From Mobula hypostoma (Eukaryota): 64,000 nt of DNA. The stretch covers positions 23,810,001 to 23,874,000 of the forward strand of contig NC_086109.1 in NCBI RefSeq assembly GCF_963921235.1. The letters run 5' to 3'. The notes beneath the pieces are model-generated. The model saw nothing but the letters and a program-made list of their open reading frames with translations, was not told where the DNA came from and searched no databases. The position numbers and the translations under genes are program-made. Position 1 is the first letter of the stretch, and each line of letters begins with the position of its first letter. Below, piece after piece: positions 49,790 to 62,650 of the stretch.

Positions 49790-51090
49790 GGCCTGGTATT
49801 GAAACACCAATGCCCAAGAATGGAAAAGCCTACAAAAAGTAGTGGATACAGCTCAGTCCAACACAGGAAAAGCCCTCCCAACCTTTGATCATCTACAAGG
49901 AGGGCTGCCACGAGAAAGCAGCATTCATCAACAAGGACCCCACCGCCTAGACCAGTGGTCCCCAACCTTTTTAGCACCGCGGACTGGTTTATTATTGACA
50001 ATATTCTTGTGGACCGGCTGACCGGGGCAGTGGGGGGGGGGGGTGTTCAAGTAGGGTTAAACTCACCTCAATATGTCTTTTACAGTTAGGGTTGCCGACT
50101 TTCTGACTCCCAAATAAGGGACAAAAGTAGCAGTCAAATCCCAGGACACTTTACCCCAGCAAAGACTACCATGACCATGAAACCTTGCGCGGGCACCTGT
50201 GTGTGCATGCGTGTACGTGCCGATTTTTTTCCCCACAAATCGGTTTTGCCTTCATCTTCCTGACTATACGGTACATACATTATTTCTACTTTATATAGGC
50301 TGTGTATTTATCACATCATTCCTGCTTTTACTATATGTTAGTGTTATTTATTTTCGGTTTTATGTGCTATTTGGTATGATTTGTTAGGTTATTTTTTGCG
50401 TCCGGGAAAGCTCAAAGATTTTTCCCATATAAATTAATGGTAATTCCTTCTTCGCTTCACACCATTTCGGCACGAAAGGTTTCATAGGAACGCTCTACCT
50501 TAGCGGGGGAAATACGGGACAAACCAATTTAGCCCAATATACGGGATGGCCCAGCAAATACGGGACAGTTGGCAACCCTACGTTCAAGTTCAACAGTGCG
50601 TGACAGGGAATGAGGAAAGGTGCAGCTGACTCATATCGTTTCCTCGTGGCCCGGTAGCACATGCTTTGCGGCCCGGTGGTTGGGGACCGCTGATCCAGAC
50701 CATGTGCTCTTCTTGCTGCTACCATTGGGAAGGAGGGGCAACAGCCTTAGATCCTACAACACCAGGTTTAGGAATAGTTATTATCCTTCAACCATAAGGC
50801 TCCTGAACCAGTGAAGATAACTTCACTCACCTCAATACTGAATAAAGCTAAGGACTCACTTTCAAGGACTCCACAACTCATGTTCTCTGTATTATTTATT
50901 TATTGATTGATTTATTTTTGTATTTTCACAGTTAGTCTACTTTTGCACATTGGTTGCTTGTCAGTCTTTATGTGTAGTTTTTAATTGATTTTATCATATT
51001 TCTTTGTTCTACTGCCAATGCCTACAGGAAAATGAACCTCAGGCTAGTATATGCTGACGTAAACATACTTTGATATTGAATTTACTTTGA
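49790..51090 (+). mobile_element. Rex1/Babar 3' fragment hosting a hAT MITE
   Basis: LLLPLGRRGNSLRSYNTRFRNSYYPSTIRLLNQ resumes after 50700, followed by the typical 3' UTR. Confidence 0.75.
49953..50692 (-). mobile_element. Composite hAT MITE: Charlie-like outer element containing a second hAT-like element (50052-50580)
   Basis: Outer TIRs CAGTGGTCCCCAACC and GGTTGGGGACCGCTG (same family as 42065-43321). Inner ends TAGGGTT and AACCCTA with 8-bp duplication [T/C]GTTCAAG at 50044-50051 and 50581-50588. Confidence 0.85.
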
Positions 51091-53591
51091 GCACATCAGA
51101 TTGAACTGAACAGTGGGAAGGGACACTGAACATACAAAACAAAGAAATAGACCTACAACTGGCTCATTTTACTCTGAGGATGAAGGATAGCCCTTCTGTT
51201 CCAAATCTTCCCCAATAACTAGCAGGTAAGAAACACAGTCCCTGATTACACCGAAACATCTACTAGCATTGGAGTCACTCACAAACTTAGCAAAATCACC
51301 CCCACCTCCACTTTTCTCTTTTAGCTAGGCACTGCAAGGCTATTCAACACATTATCTAAAATATACCACACATAACATCACGTAAACAATGGATTATTTT
51401 TAGTATAATTAATTAAATTAAATAGGCAGATACAGAAGCCAAGTTAGATGAAATAATACCTAGAAACAGGACTGAGGTAATCAAACTATTAATCTATTCA
51501 CCAATGATGTTGCCTTGAGGTACAAATGTTGGCCAAGAAAGCTTCACTCACGGCTTTAAATAAAAGTCTCTTGGCATCTTTAGTGGTTATTGACCAATCT
51601 AAAAGTTGCTACTTCCAATAATATAGTTCTTCTGCAATTACAACCAGGAACATCTCCATTACATGTTTGAGTGCTGCAATCTCCAGTTGAGAATGAATGC
51701 TAAAAATTAAACCAACCTGATCTCGGTCAACTCTAGTAGTGCAATATCAGCCCTCTTAAATTTAAGCTTCTTCCAGTGGAAAAAATACAGAATATCTTTT
51801 GATCTAACATACTCCACAAATGTCCATCAAGAAATAAGTCACAGAGGAATTCCTTACTGGTTTTTAAGTTAGTATCTTGGACAAGCCTGTAATCCTATCT
51901 ATATTCCAGAGTCACTCCCCAATGGATAGAGAAGTCTGAAACTCCCCTGACTTCAACATTTAATTTGTCGTACTCCTGCTTTCAAAATCTGCTCTTGGGG
52001 ACTCAAACCCTTTGATGTTGCCAGATTTTAAAAAATAGATATTAAGGGCTCCATCTTTCCTCTGAGGAAGATATAGACAAAAAGCTTACTGCATCTTGCA
52101 AAAAGCAAAGGAGTTCTCCTCATTACTACAGCTAACATTTATATTCCCTACAAACAGTAGAGAGACAAGTCATTTGGCAATTAATATATTCCTGATATTG
52201 GGGCTTGCAGTGCATAAATTATTTGGTCCAAATTGATTGGTTAAGGCATTTTTAAAGGTTTACATTAGCTCTGAAACTGAAAAGTGAATCAGAATCAGAA
52301 TCTCCAGCATACGTCGTGAAATTTATTAACTTTGCAGCAGCAGTACAATGCAATACATAATAATGAAAAAAATTGTGAATACTTATTCTAAGTAGTTAAA
52401 TAATTAGTACAAAAAAGTAGAAATATCCATTTATATGCATACAAGCCAGCTGCAGTGGTTTAGAAAAATAAGGAAAAAAGGTGTCATCCGTTTGCCCCTT
52501 CATGCCTGTTCCACCATTCAATATGGTTGCATCTGATCCTCTACTGTACAGTAGCAACACCTTCATATATTAATCCTAAATTCCGAGTTTCCCTTAATTT
52601 TTATCAGTCTTTGCCTTGAATGTGATCAGTGACTAAGAGAGACATTACTTCTGGGTGAATAAATTTCTTCTCGTCTCAGCCCCTAACAACTAACCTCTTA
52701 TTTTGAAACAGTGATGCCTGGTTTCAAACCTCAGCCGGACAAAACAAAGTCTCTGTATCTACTCCTCCATTTTAAACACAATGAAACTAATTCTGGAAGA
52801 ACTCAGTGGGTCAAGCAGCATCTGTGGAGGCAAAAGGTTTCTTCTTCTTTTCATAACCTCTCAATAGCATTGGCCCAGTGTGCTTCATCCATCCTCAAAG
52901 GGCAATTCTTTTGTCCCAACAATCACCCTGCTGAATCTCATGGTTCTCCCTTTCTGAGAAAAATGTCCTTCCTTTGGTAGGGAGATAAAATCTGTGATGA
53001 GATTGCAGCTGCACTGTTTTTTTAGGAGTAGTTTCACCACAGCTCTATTAAGCTGCAGTAAAATGTCTTAATTCTTAATCTTTAGTCCTCTTGCAATAAA
53101 GACCAATACACTGCTACCTTTTTAAGTGCTTGTTGTATTGCTGGCTGTTAATTTTTGGTCATTTTTATATAATTGAATTGAATTGACTTTATTTCTTACA
53201 TCCTTCATATACATGAGGAGTAAAAATCTTTACGTTACGTCTCCGTCTAAATGTGCAATGTGCAATCATAGTAATTTATAATAATTTATTATAAATAGAA
53301 CAGTCAATGTAATATAGTGCACCCTCCTCACATTGCCACCCAATCATGTATCATTAACAAACGTGACAACTTCCATTCAGTTGTCTCATCAGATCATTAA
53401 TGTAAATATTGATGGCTGGAACATGAGCTATGGGAAAGATTGAAGGGAAGAAAGCAAGAGGAAGACAAAGACAAATGATGATGGAGACAGCAGCCAGAGA
53501 ACTGGAAATGAATACCTATGAATTGATTCACTTGACCCGAAACAGGAGTGTGTGGGCAATGGCAGTCAAAGCTCAAACTGGGCACGGCACC

Positions 53592-53623
<32 letters not shown>
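53592..53623. repeat. (GAT)n microsatellite
   Basis: About 10 GAT units. Confidence 0.9.
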
Positions 53624-53627
<4 letters not shown>

Positions 53628-54127
53628 ATGAGCACTGGTTTTGCATCAGCCCACTATACTACCTCCTGATCTGAAGATGATCCTTCTTTTTCATTTTCCA
53701 TCTATTAACCAAACCTTAAGTCACATCACGATGACTCCCGATCCCAGGTGCTCTAGTTTTTAAAAATCTTTTCTGCATCTTATTCTTTGGGTATAACCTC
53801 AACAAACTAACAGATTTTTAAAATTATTTCCCTATCATAAATCCATGCTAACCCTGCAAATCCTATTATTATATTCTATCATTCCCTATTAGCACTTCTG
53901 TAATAGAGATCTGCAGTTTCTTATTTTCTCTCTCCCTCCAGTTTTAAATAAGATCACTTTTCATATCTTCAAATCATTCTGGGGTCTATAGAATTTTGGA
54001 AAGTGACTCCAGCAGTATCTTCAAAGTCAACTCTTTCAAAACTTTGGAAAGCAGGATCAACAGATGCTGAGGAGTCATTGGAGTTCAATCTCATTGCTTT
54101 CTTCAAAACTATATATTCTACTTAACA

Positions 54128-54585
54128 AAGCAACACCTTATATTCCGTCTGGGTAGCCTCCAACCTGATGGCATGAACATCGACTTCTCTAACCTCAGCT
54201 AATGCCTCACCTCCCCTTCGTACCCCATCTGTTACTTATTTTTATACACACATTCTTTCTCTCACTCTCCTTTTTCTCCCTCTGTCCCTCTGAATATAAC
54301 CCTTGCCCATCCTCTGGGTCCCTCCCCCTGCCCCTTGTCTTTCTTCCTGGGCCTCCTGTCCCATAATCCTCTCATATCCCCTTTGCCAATCACCTGTCCA
54401 GCTCTTGGCTCCATCCCTCCCCCTCCTGTCTTCTCCTATCATTTTGGATCTCCCCCTCCCCCTCCTTACTCACTCTTCCTTCAGTTAGTCCTGACGAAGG
54501 GTCTTGGCCTGAAACGTCGACTGCACCTCTTCCTAGAGATGCTGCCTGGCCTGCTGCGTTCACCAGCAACTTTTATGTGTGTTGC
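54128..54585 (+). mobile_element. PLE 3' fragment (EN C-terminus and pLTR)
   Basis: QHLIFRLGSLQPDGMNIDFSN then the pLTR. Perfect 14-bp duplication TATTCTACTTAACA at 54114-54127 and 54586-54599. Confidence 0.9.
54487..54522 (+). ncRNA. Minimal type I hammerhead ribozyme motif
   Basis: AGTC-CTGACGA-A-GGGT-CTTG-GCCT-GAAA-CGTC-GACT. Confidence 0.78.
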
Positions 54586-56150
54586 TATTCTACTTAACAG
54601 CAGTTTCCTTCAGCTCATTATTCTCTCTTGACCTGCTGCTCTCTACTTGTTTCTTTCTCCTTGAAGGTAGACATACACATTTTTATCTAATTTCTCTGTG
54701 ATTCACTTATTTCCGCTACATAACTTCTTCTGTGTCAAACTTCAAGAAATCTTATTCACTTTTGATTTTTCTTTACTTTTAAAAATACTCAGAGAAATCT
54801 TAATAGTCTGCTTTTATTTTTTTCTCACAAGGTTATCTACTCAAGTGCAGGTGGCAGAGAGTCTGCATCCAATTTAGTAAAGGAACTATAAACTCTTGAA
54901 CTGTCATATCAGGAGTAATTACTGTACATTACATCAACATGGCTCTTAGCTCTCACCATTTCTATAAGCATGCTGCCTTCCAAGACTTTGAACACTATCT
55001 AATGAGATCAAGTCTTTCCATCTTGCAGAGGAATTGAAGCAGTGAAGATGGTATGTGCTGAAGAGGATTTTATTTGTCTTTGGGGACACCATCTGTTGTT
55101 CCAGAATTATCAATCACACCATTTAAACTGCAATGCATTTTTTGTTCTGGAACATACATACACTAATGTTGCAAACTAGAAAGGCAAAGGCAAAGGAAGT
55201 GCTCATGTCAGATCTCCAGTGTTCCCACTGCTTCAGAGTCTGCCGAGCCATTTAATTGGGATAATTTCAGAACAAGACAAATGCCATCGTATTTCCTCAA
55301 TGTGAAAAATATCCTACACTTTATACACAGCATGTCAAATGCCTTAGAACCCGCATTTAATCAGCTCAATCTGACCCAATCTCTATAAGTGGATGTCTGT
55401 ACAGATAATTACAAGAGGTTCCACATTTTCTCTTCTACACTCTCCCTCCCTCTTTACTAGCATTATCCCTGCTCCTGCAAATGTACCCACAGGTTTATCC
55501 TTTCTGAAAACTGGATATTCAACTCTTCCTGTCACCTACGTTGTACCTGCACTCAAGCCCTCACAAGCATCTGGAACACAGTTCTTTCATTACTTTCCTT
55601 CGAGGGTTGGTTGGAAGCACTTCTGTCTCAAGTTAAGAAGATCTGGCTCAACCCTACGCCAGAGGCCTGGCTACAAAATCAAATGCAACATTCCCTACAC
55701 GAGTATTGAGAAGGTACTGCGTTTTGAGTGAAATGTCACACCAAGACTCTATCTGACCCATCAGAGGATGTGAGAAATAAACAAGAGCACTCTCTCAAAC
55801 ATTGGGCAAGTGAATTATTCCTGGTACACCAGCTAACATCATCTTTCATCCAACCCATAGGTTACATTAATACTGCTTTGAGGCTATTTCTTGCCTAAAT
55901 TACAGTATGATGTTACAATGTGGGATGCCTAAAGAACATGAGATCTGTCTGAGATCTTGGATTCCTACTAATCAAAGTTAAAAGGGGTAAATTTAAGCAA
56001 AGCTAACTAGAATGGAGGGGAGTGCTGGTCAGGCGTCAAAGCCATATGATTGTGAGTCAAAATTAGTCATATCAGAATTTTGAGAATCATATTTGAAATA
56101 TTGTCCATTATTTTTAAACATACAATCTTCAAAGGAACATAAATGTAGGG

Positions 56151-56294
56151 CAACATACATCAAAGTTGCTGGTGAACGCAGCAGGCCAAGCAGCATCTAT
56201 AGGAAGAGGCGCAGTCGACGTTTCAGGCCGAGACCCTTCGTCAGGACTAACTGAAGGAAGAGTGAGTAAGGGATTTGAAAGCTGGAGGGGGAGG
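56151..56294 (-). mobile_element. PLE pLTR fragment with hammerhead motif (56213-56248)
   Basis: Minus strand AGTCCTGACGAAGGGTCTCGGCCTGAAACGTCGACT. 13-bp duplication TAAATGTAGGGCA at 56140-56152 and 56295-56307. Confidence 0.88.
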
Positions 56295-57034
56295 TAAATG
56301 TAGGGCAGACAGGGCAGGATTTAAGGGCCAGGAGGCTGCTCAGCCTCTTCAGATTCCACTTTGCTGCGATCTGTTTTAAAACTCCATCAACTTATCGCAA
56401 TAATAATAATAATAATAATAAAATCTATCAGGTTCAGTTTTAAGATATCCAAATAACCTCCTACCTCAACAGCTGTTTGTGAAGCACAGTTCCAGATTTC
56501 CATCCCTGTTAAAACAGTTATTGACACCATGCTAGAATACACTATCTTCAATTTACATTATCCCTCCTTGTACTGGACGCTTCCTAGCAAACAAATTAGA
56601 TTCTCTTTACTCGGCCTACCATTTCCATAATCATCGTCAGCCGTGGTACTTAATGTTAAGTGCTCAGAAGTAAGGGAGCAAAAACATTGATATGGGAGGG
56701 GTGGGCCACAATGAGGTGTTAATCAGTGCATGGCTGGTGATCAAACCTTCAGACACGAGCAAATTAAATTCGGCAAATTCCCCTCTCCACGATCATAACT
56801 CATTCTCCTCCTTAAGTAAGCAGTTTTTTTCGTCTTAGATATTTATTTACTCTAGTATTTCTAAGTATGATGTTGTCACACGTTACTCTAATGAAAAGTC
56901 TAAATGTTCTCTATATATCCATGTTATGGGTCTGATGTTGGACGGAGTTCATGTTCTTTGCTTTGTCAAAGCAATAAATAGAGACTACTGCCCTGTAGTT
57001 TTCAAGAATCTTTGACCTTCCAGGGTGAAAGATC

Positions 57035-58010
57035 AGGGTTCAAGGTTCAACTTCATTCATTCACACGTATTAGGAATTTGCTGTGGTGTGTTGGTCACGG
57101 ATTGACATGCAACAAGAAAACAACAACATTCAACAATTATAAAAGATACAAATAAAGTTGGAGGTTAAAGTAATGCTATGGAATAAAATATGCATAAGTA
57201 CATAATACCATCATGTATTTACAATGTAAGGAACATCTTAAAAATTGGTTTCAAGTATTCACATTGCAGTGCACTGATGGGTCATGGGGGGGGGTCTAAC
57301 TAGAATGGTTGATCAGATTAATTGCCTGGAGGAAGTAACTTTTAAGATGGTGTGAAGCTTTTGCTTGATTAGACCAATAGCGCTTTATAGAAGCTAGCTT
57401 TTGGAAGGGGCAATTTGCTGGGTGGCTAACGTCTGCAATGATTTTCTTGCCTGCCTTTTTATCTTGGACACATACAAGTCCTGCAGTGATGGTAGACTGC
57501 AGCCTGTGTTTTTTTCTGCTGACCTGATGGTTCACTATAGTACATTGAGCGAGGATGCTGCACCAAATCGGACAGGAATGGCTGGTGTGAGGATGTTCTC
57601 AATGATAAGCGGCGTAGATTTGCTCTGGTATGTTCCAGGGAAATGGAATTTCACCAACAGCTCAAGAAATACACCTCCTAAAGAGCCTTTTGTAATGAAG
57701 GAGATACGATTCTCCCACATGAGGTCCTGTGAAGTAACGATGCCCAGGAACCGGAATGTTGAAATGGTGCTAAGTGTAGGGTTGTTGATGAAGAGTGGGA
57801 GGGAAGGTAGTCCTGCCATTGCCTCAGTTTCAGGAGGGAGTCTAAAGCAGGTCTGTGTTCTCTCATATAAAGTGACTGAAGACTGTTTTATTTGATTGGT
57901 TAGAAAAACTACAATTACTTTTGAAAATGTAAGATGCACATCAGGTGAGGATAATGTATAACATAATTGTTCTTTTATGCCATCACATTACATCAAGGTA
58001 TCAGGCACAG
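57035..58010 (-). mobile_element. Degenerate Rex1/Babar LINE fragment
   Basis: FRFLGIVTSQDLMWE, IENILT and KSYFLQAINLIN in the supplied ORFs. Confidence 0.7.
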
Positions 58011-58171
58011 GGCCAATCTCCAGCCTTGAGGTGTTACAGAAGAATGGAACAACCAGTAACTTTAAGTTTAGGTAATAGAGCTCTCCAATCATTGTAACCT
58101 ATACCACAGAGGGAGGCTATTCTGGCCATCATGCCTGGCCTGGTCCGTTGTGACAGTAATCCAATTAGCTG

Positions 58172-58335
58172 AAGCAACACACACAAAATGCTGGAAGAAC
58201 TCAGCAGGCCGAGAGTCAACAGTCAATGTTTCCAGCCGAGACCCTTAATCAAGACATGCTGCTTGACATGCTGAGTTCCTACAGCATTTTATGGGTGTTG
58301 CTTCAGATTTCCACCATCTGCAGATTTTCTTGTAT
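58172..58335. mobile_element. Fold-back PLE pLTR remnant
   Basis: GCAACACACACAAAATGCTGGAAGAACTCAGCA is inverted with TGCTGAGTTCCTACAGCATTTTATGGGTGTTGC. Confidence 0.75.
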
Positions 58336-58844
58336 ATGTGATACAGTTTGCCAACTCCCTTTTCTTTCTACAAAGTCCTGCAAAGTCTTTCCCTCAGGCA
58401 TTTATTCAATTGTTTGTTTAAACTAGTTTTGGATCTCCTTCCGCTATCTTATGACAGTGCCTTCCAGATTGTCAGCAGTCCACTGTGTAAAACAGTTACT
58501 TTCCTGAAATTACACACACAAAAGTTATGCATATATTCGTGTTTGTCTTTTTTGAAGTTACTTTTTACCACTTGTCAGAAATCTATGTCCTCTCATTTTT
58601 CAACGACCCTGTTACAGTGAAAAGGTTTTTCTCCATTTATTCTGTCAAAACTGTTCACACTTTTGAAACCCCCTGTAATCTTTTCTTTCTCAAGTAAGCA
58701 GGTCCATCATCCTTGATCCCTCCTGCATCCTCACAAGGCCCCAACATCCCCCCCCCACAAAGTGGGTGGATCAACGTTCAAAATAAATTTATTATCAAAG
58801 TACGTATATGTTACCATATACTAACTTCAGATTCGTTTTCTTGT

Positions 58845-59165
58845 AAACACAAAGGAGATTCTGCAGATGCTGGAAATCCACAGTAACACACACAAAATGC
58901 TGGAGGAACTCAGCAGATCAGGCAGCGTCTACGGAAAGGAGTAAGGAATCAACGTTTCAGGCTGAGAAACTTCATCAGGACTGGAAAGGAAGTTGGGGGT
59001 GGGAACCAGAATAAGAAGGTGGGGGAGGGGATGGGAGAAAGGTATTGGAGGAGGCAGTGAGAAGCTGGGAGGTGATAATTGGAACAAGTCAAGGGTTGAA
59101 GAAGAAGGAATCTGATAGGAGATGAGAATGGACAATGGGGAGAAAGGGAAGGAGGAGGGGCACCA
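58845..59165 (-). mobile_element. PLE pLTR fragment inside a Rex-type 3' tail
   Basis: Minus strand AGTCCTGATGAAGTTTCTCAGCCTGAAACGTTGATT plus a purine-rich pLTR body. Confidence 0.75.
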
Positions 59166-59449
59166 TTTTCTCATAGGCAGTTACAGGAAATAAGTAATAC
59201 AACAGAATTTTGTGAAAATCTATACGGAAATAGAGATATTGACTGGCAAACACCATGGTGCAAAAGAAGGCAAACTGTACAAATAAAAATAATACTAAGA
59301 ACATTGACATGTACCAAGTTCTTGAAAGTACGAATGTCAGTAGAGGGGACTAGGACTCCAGCTAACGAAATTCAAAGGTCTGCAACTGACCTAATTTAGC
59401 TGCATTTCTTCGTTCCCCACCACTCACATCTTTCCACATACAGTACATG

Positions 59450-60570
59450 TCAATAGCTCTCAACTTGGCTTCGAGGCACCTAAACAACACCAAAACAGAT
59501 ATCAGGCTGCCGTTTATCGATTACAGCACAGCGTTCAACACCATCATCCCAACAGTACTTATCCACAAGCTTCAAGACCTGGGCCTCTGTACCCATCCAC
59601 CCCCCACCCCTCTGCGACTGGATCCTCAACTTCCTTATCAGGAGAGCATAGTCAGTGTGGATTGATGGTAACATCTCCTCCTCGCTGACAATCAACACAA
59701 GTGCACCTCCAAGGTTCATGCTTAGTCCACAGCTGTACTCTCACTACACTCATCACTTTGTGGCTAGGCAAAGCTCAATTGCCATCCATAAATTTACCGA
59801 TGACACCACCGTAGTTGGCATTGTTGATGGCAATGAGGAGTTGTTCAGACGTGAGATAGATTGGCTGATTGAGTGGTGTCACAATAACAAACTTGCACTC
59901 AACATCAGCAAGACCAAGGAACTGATTATGGGCAGTTGGGACTCATCAGCTGTGGTTGGCAGCTCATCTAGATGAAGGAAAACTCTGATCCTAAACCTCC
60001 TCTTCCTTGCAGCTATACCCACTCAAGGGGAAGGCTTCGGGAGTTATCTCCAGTGAAGACTCTGGAGCTGGAGTCCCTAAGGCATCCTACGTTGAGTCCA
60101 ATGCTGACTGACAACTCCTGCAACACTGCTGGTGCCAAACTGTATTGGTCTCTGCCGTTCACTTGCATTCATCAGCTGCATGGAGGGGGGTGAACCTGCA
60201 TCACGGGCAACAGGTTGCTCTCCATATTGTACTGCCGTGGGTTGTGTATCAGGTAGACAGATGGGAACAACATCCATGGTTGACCCCAATCACCTCTGTC
60301 GTTGTTCGGTTTACCACTGCCTCCCCCCTCTCCAAGTCCAGGGTGCAGTGAGTGGTCCACTTAGCAGAGAAGATCACTGGCTATCATTTAAAGACTTGTT
60401 CATTGCCAGAGCGAAGAAAAGAGCTGAACAAATGACTGCTGACTCCATCCACCCTAGCAGTCACCTATTCACCAAATTGCCATCAGGGAGATGCTACACG
60501 TCCATCACCACTAGGACCACACATCATCTCTGAAGCTTCTTTCCTGTATCTGCCTAGCTTCTGAACAAAA
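59450..60570 (+). mobile_element. Degenerate Rex1/Babar LINE with a nested SINE-like/RTE-related element (about 59930-60290)
   Basis: FIDYSTAFNTIIP, KFTDDTTVVG, LALNISKTKEL and LPSGRCY. The insert shares sequence with the SINE at 8685-8995. Confidence 0.75.
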
Positions 60571-60744
60571 CTCACTCAGGTGTAATATCCTAACTGCCCC
60601 TGCACAGCCTTCATTAAATGGTCTTTCCTGCTCTTCTAGTTTTGTTGATAAATATTTAGTCTGTTCACATGTGCACATCTATCTAAGTTTGATTATTGAT
60701 ATTTCCACATATGACTGTTCTGCTAATTGTTGATTGCTCATCAT

Positions 60745-61667
60745 AAACACAAAATAATCTGCAGATGCTGGGGTCAAAGCAACACTCACAACACGCTGGA
60801 GGAACTCAACAGGTCGGGCAGCATCCGTGGAAAAGATCGGTCAACGTTTCGGGCCGGAATCCTTCGTCAGGACTGTAGGGGGAAGGGGCAGAGGCCCTAT
60901 AAAGAAGGTGGGGGGAGGGTGGGAAGGAGAAGGCTGGTAGGTTCCAGGTGAAAAACCAGTAAGGGGAAAGATCAAGGGGTGGGGGAGGGGAAGCAGGGAG
61001 GTGATAGGCAGGAAAGGTGAAGAAGGAATAGGGGAAAACACAATGGGTAGTAGAAGGAGGCGGAACCATAAGGGAGGTGACAAGCAGCTGGGGGAGGGGG
61101 CAGAATGACATAGGGATAGAGGAAGGGAGGGGGAGGGAATTACCAGAAGTTGGAGAATTCTATGTTCATACCAAGGGGCTGGAGACTACCTAGACGGTAT
61201 ATGAGGTGTTGCTCCTCCAACCTGAGTTTAGCCTCATCATGGCAGTACAGGAGGCCATGTATGGACATATCTGAATGGGAGTGGGAAGCAGAGTTGAAGT
61301 GGTGGCTACTGGGAGATCGTGTCTGTTGTGGCGGACAGAGCGGAGGTGCTCAACGAAGCGGTCCCCCAATCTGCGTCGGGTTTCACCGATGTAGAGAAGG
61401 CCGCACCGGATGCAATAGATGACCCCAACAGACTCACAAGTGAAATGTTGCCTCACTTGGAAGGACTGTTTGGGGCCCTGAATGGTGGCAAGAGAGGAGG
61501 TGTAGGGACAGGTGTAGCACTTGCGCTTACAGGGATAAGGGCCGGGTGGGAGATCCATGGGGAGGGCCTCTGCCCTTTCCCTCTTCAGTTCTGATGAAGG
61601 GTTCCAGCCCGAAACATCAACCGATCTTTTCCACGGATGCTGCCTGACCTGCTGAGTTCCTCCAGCG
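60745..61667 (-). mobile_element. Penelope-like element 3' fragment (frameshifted GIY-YIG) with inverted pLTR; same subfamily as 1005-2422
   Basis: CKRKCYTC...VIYCIRCGLLYIGETRRRLGDRFVEH. Hammerhead motifs at 60839-60874 (-) and 61587-61622 (+). Duplication TGTTGAT[T/A]GCTCAT at 60728-60741 and 61668-61681. Confidence 0.9.
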
Positions 61668-62219
61668 TGTTGATAGCTCATGGCTGTTCATATTATTGTA
61701 TTATAAATTGGTGGCTGCTATTGTGTTGTCTGTTTTGGTATTGTCCTGTGTTTTATGCTTGGCACTGAACCACAATCAATTCTGGTATGTTTCACATACT
61801 GGCAATAAAGTGATTCTGACTAAAGGGTGGCGAATCTGTGGAATTCATTACCACAGGTGACTGTGGAGGCCAGTATATTTAAAATGGAGGTTGACAGACT
61901 CTTGGTAAGAGTGTTAAATGTTACAGGAGAAGATAAGAGAAAGGGATTGAGAGGGAAAATACATCACCCATGATTGAATGGGGAATCAGACTTAATGGGC
62001 CAAATGGCTTAATTCTACTCCTATATCCTATCTGCCACAAAACAAATTTGACGACATATGCCAGTGATAATATATCTGATTCTGATTCTACACTTTGATT
62101 ATGTCATAGTAGACTATGCCAGTTCTTAGAGGGATCCCAGCAATTCCATTTTCTACTTACTTCCACAGAACCTATTCTCTTAGTCAATCCTAATTCTCCT
62201 GCTACCTACCAGCTACACT

Positions 62220-62650
62220 TCACTGGCCTTCATCAGTCAGGGTACTGAGTATGAGAGTTGGGATGCTATGTTGTGTTAAACAAGAGCCTGGTGAGGTCAC
62301 AGTTGGAGAATCATGTACAGGTTTGGCCACCCTGTTATATGAAAGATGATATTAAGCTCGAGAGAGTGCAAAGATTTACGAGAATGCTGCCAGGACACAA
62401 GAACCTGAGTTACAGGGAGAGATTGGGCAGACTGGGACTTAATTTCCTGGAGCACAAGATACAGGGAGATGACATTATAGAGGTGTATAAAACTATGTAG
62501 GGCAGGGTAGGGTGAATGCACACATTTTATTTTCAAGGAAAGGGAAACAAAAACTGGAGGATGTAGGTTTAATGTGAGAGAATGAACTGTCAAGAGAAAG
62601 TAGTTGAGGTGGGTGCAATAACTACTTTAAAAAATATATTTGCATAAGTA
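62220..62650 (+). mobile_element. CR1 RT C-terminal fragment
   Basis: KSLVRSQLENHVQVWPP...LERVQRFTRMLPG. Confidence 0.75.

Noticed and set aside
51178..51232. Strong plus-strand donor CAG|GTAAGA as a coding exon end
   Set aside because: All three upstream frames contain stops within about 50 nt; coding status is unsupported.
55393..55731. 112-aa ORF in unique sequence
   Set aside because: No recognisable domain or composition bias; length is compatible with chance.
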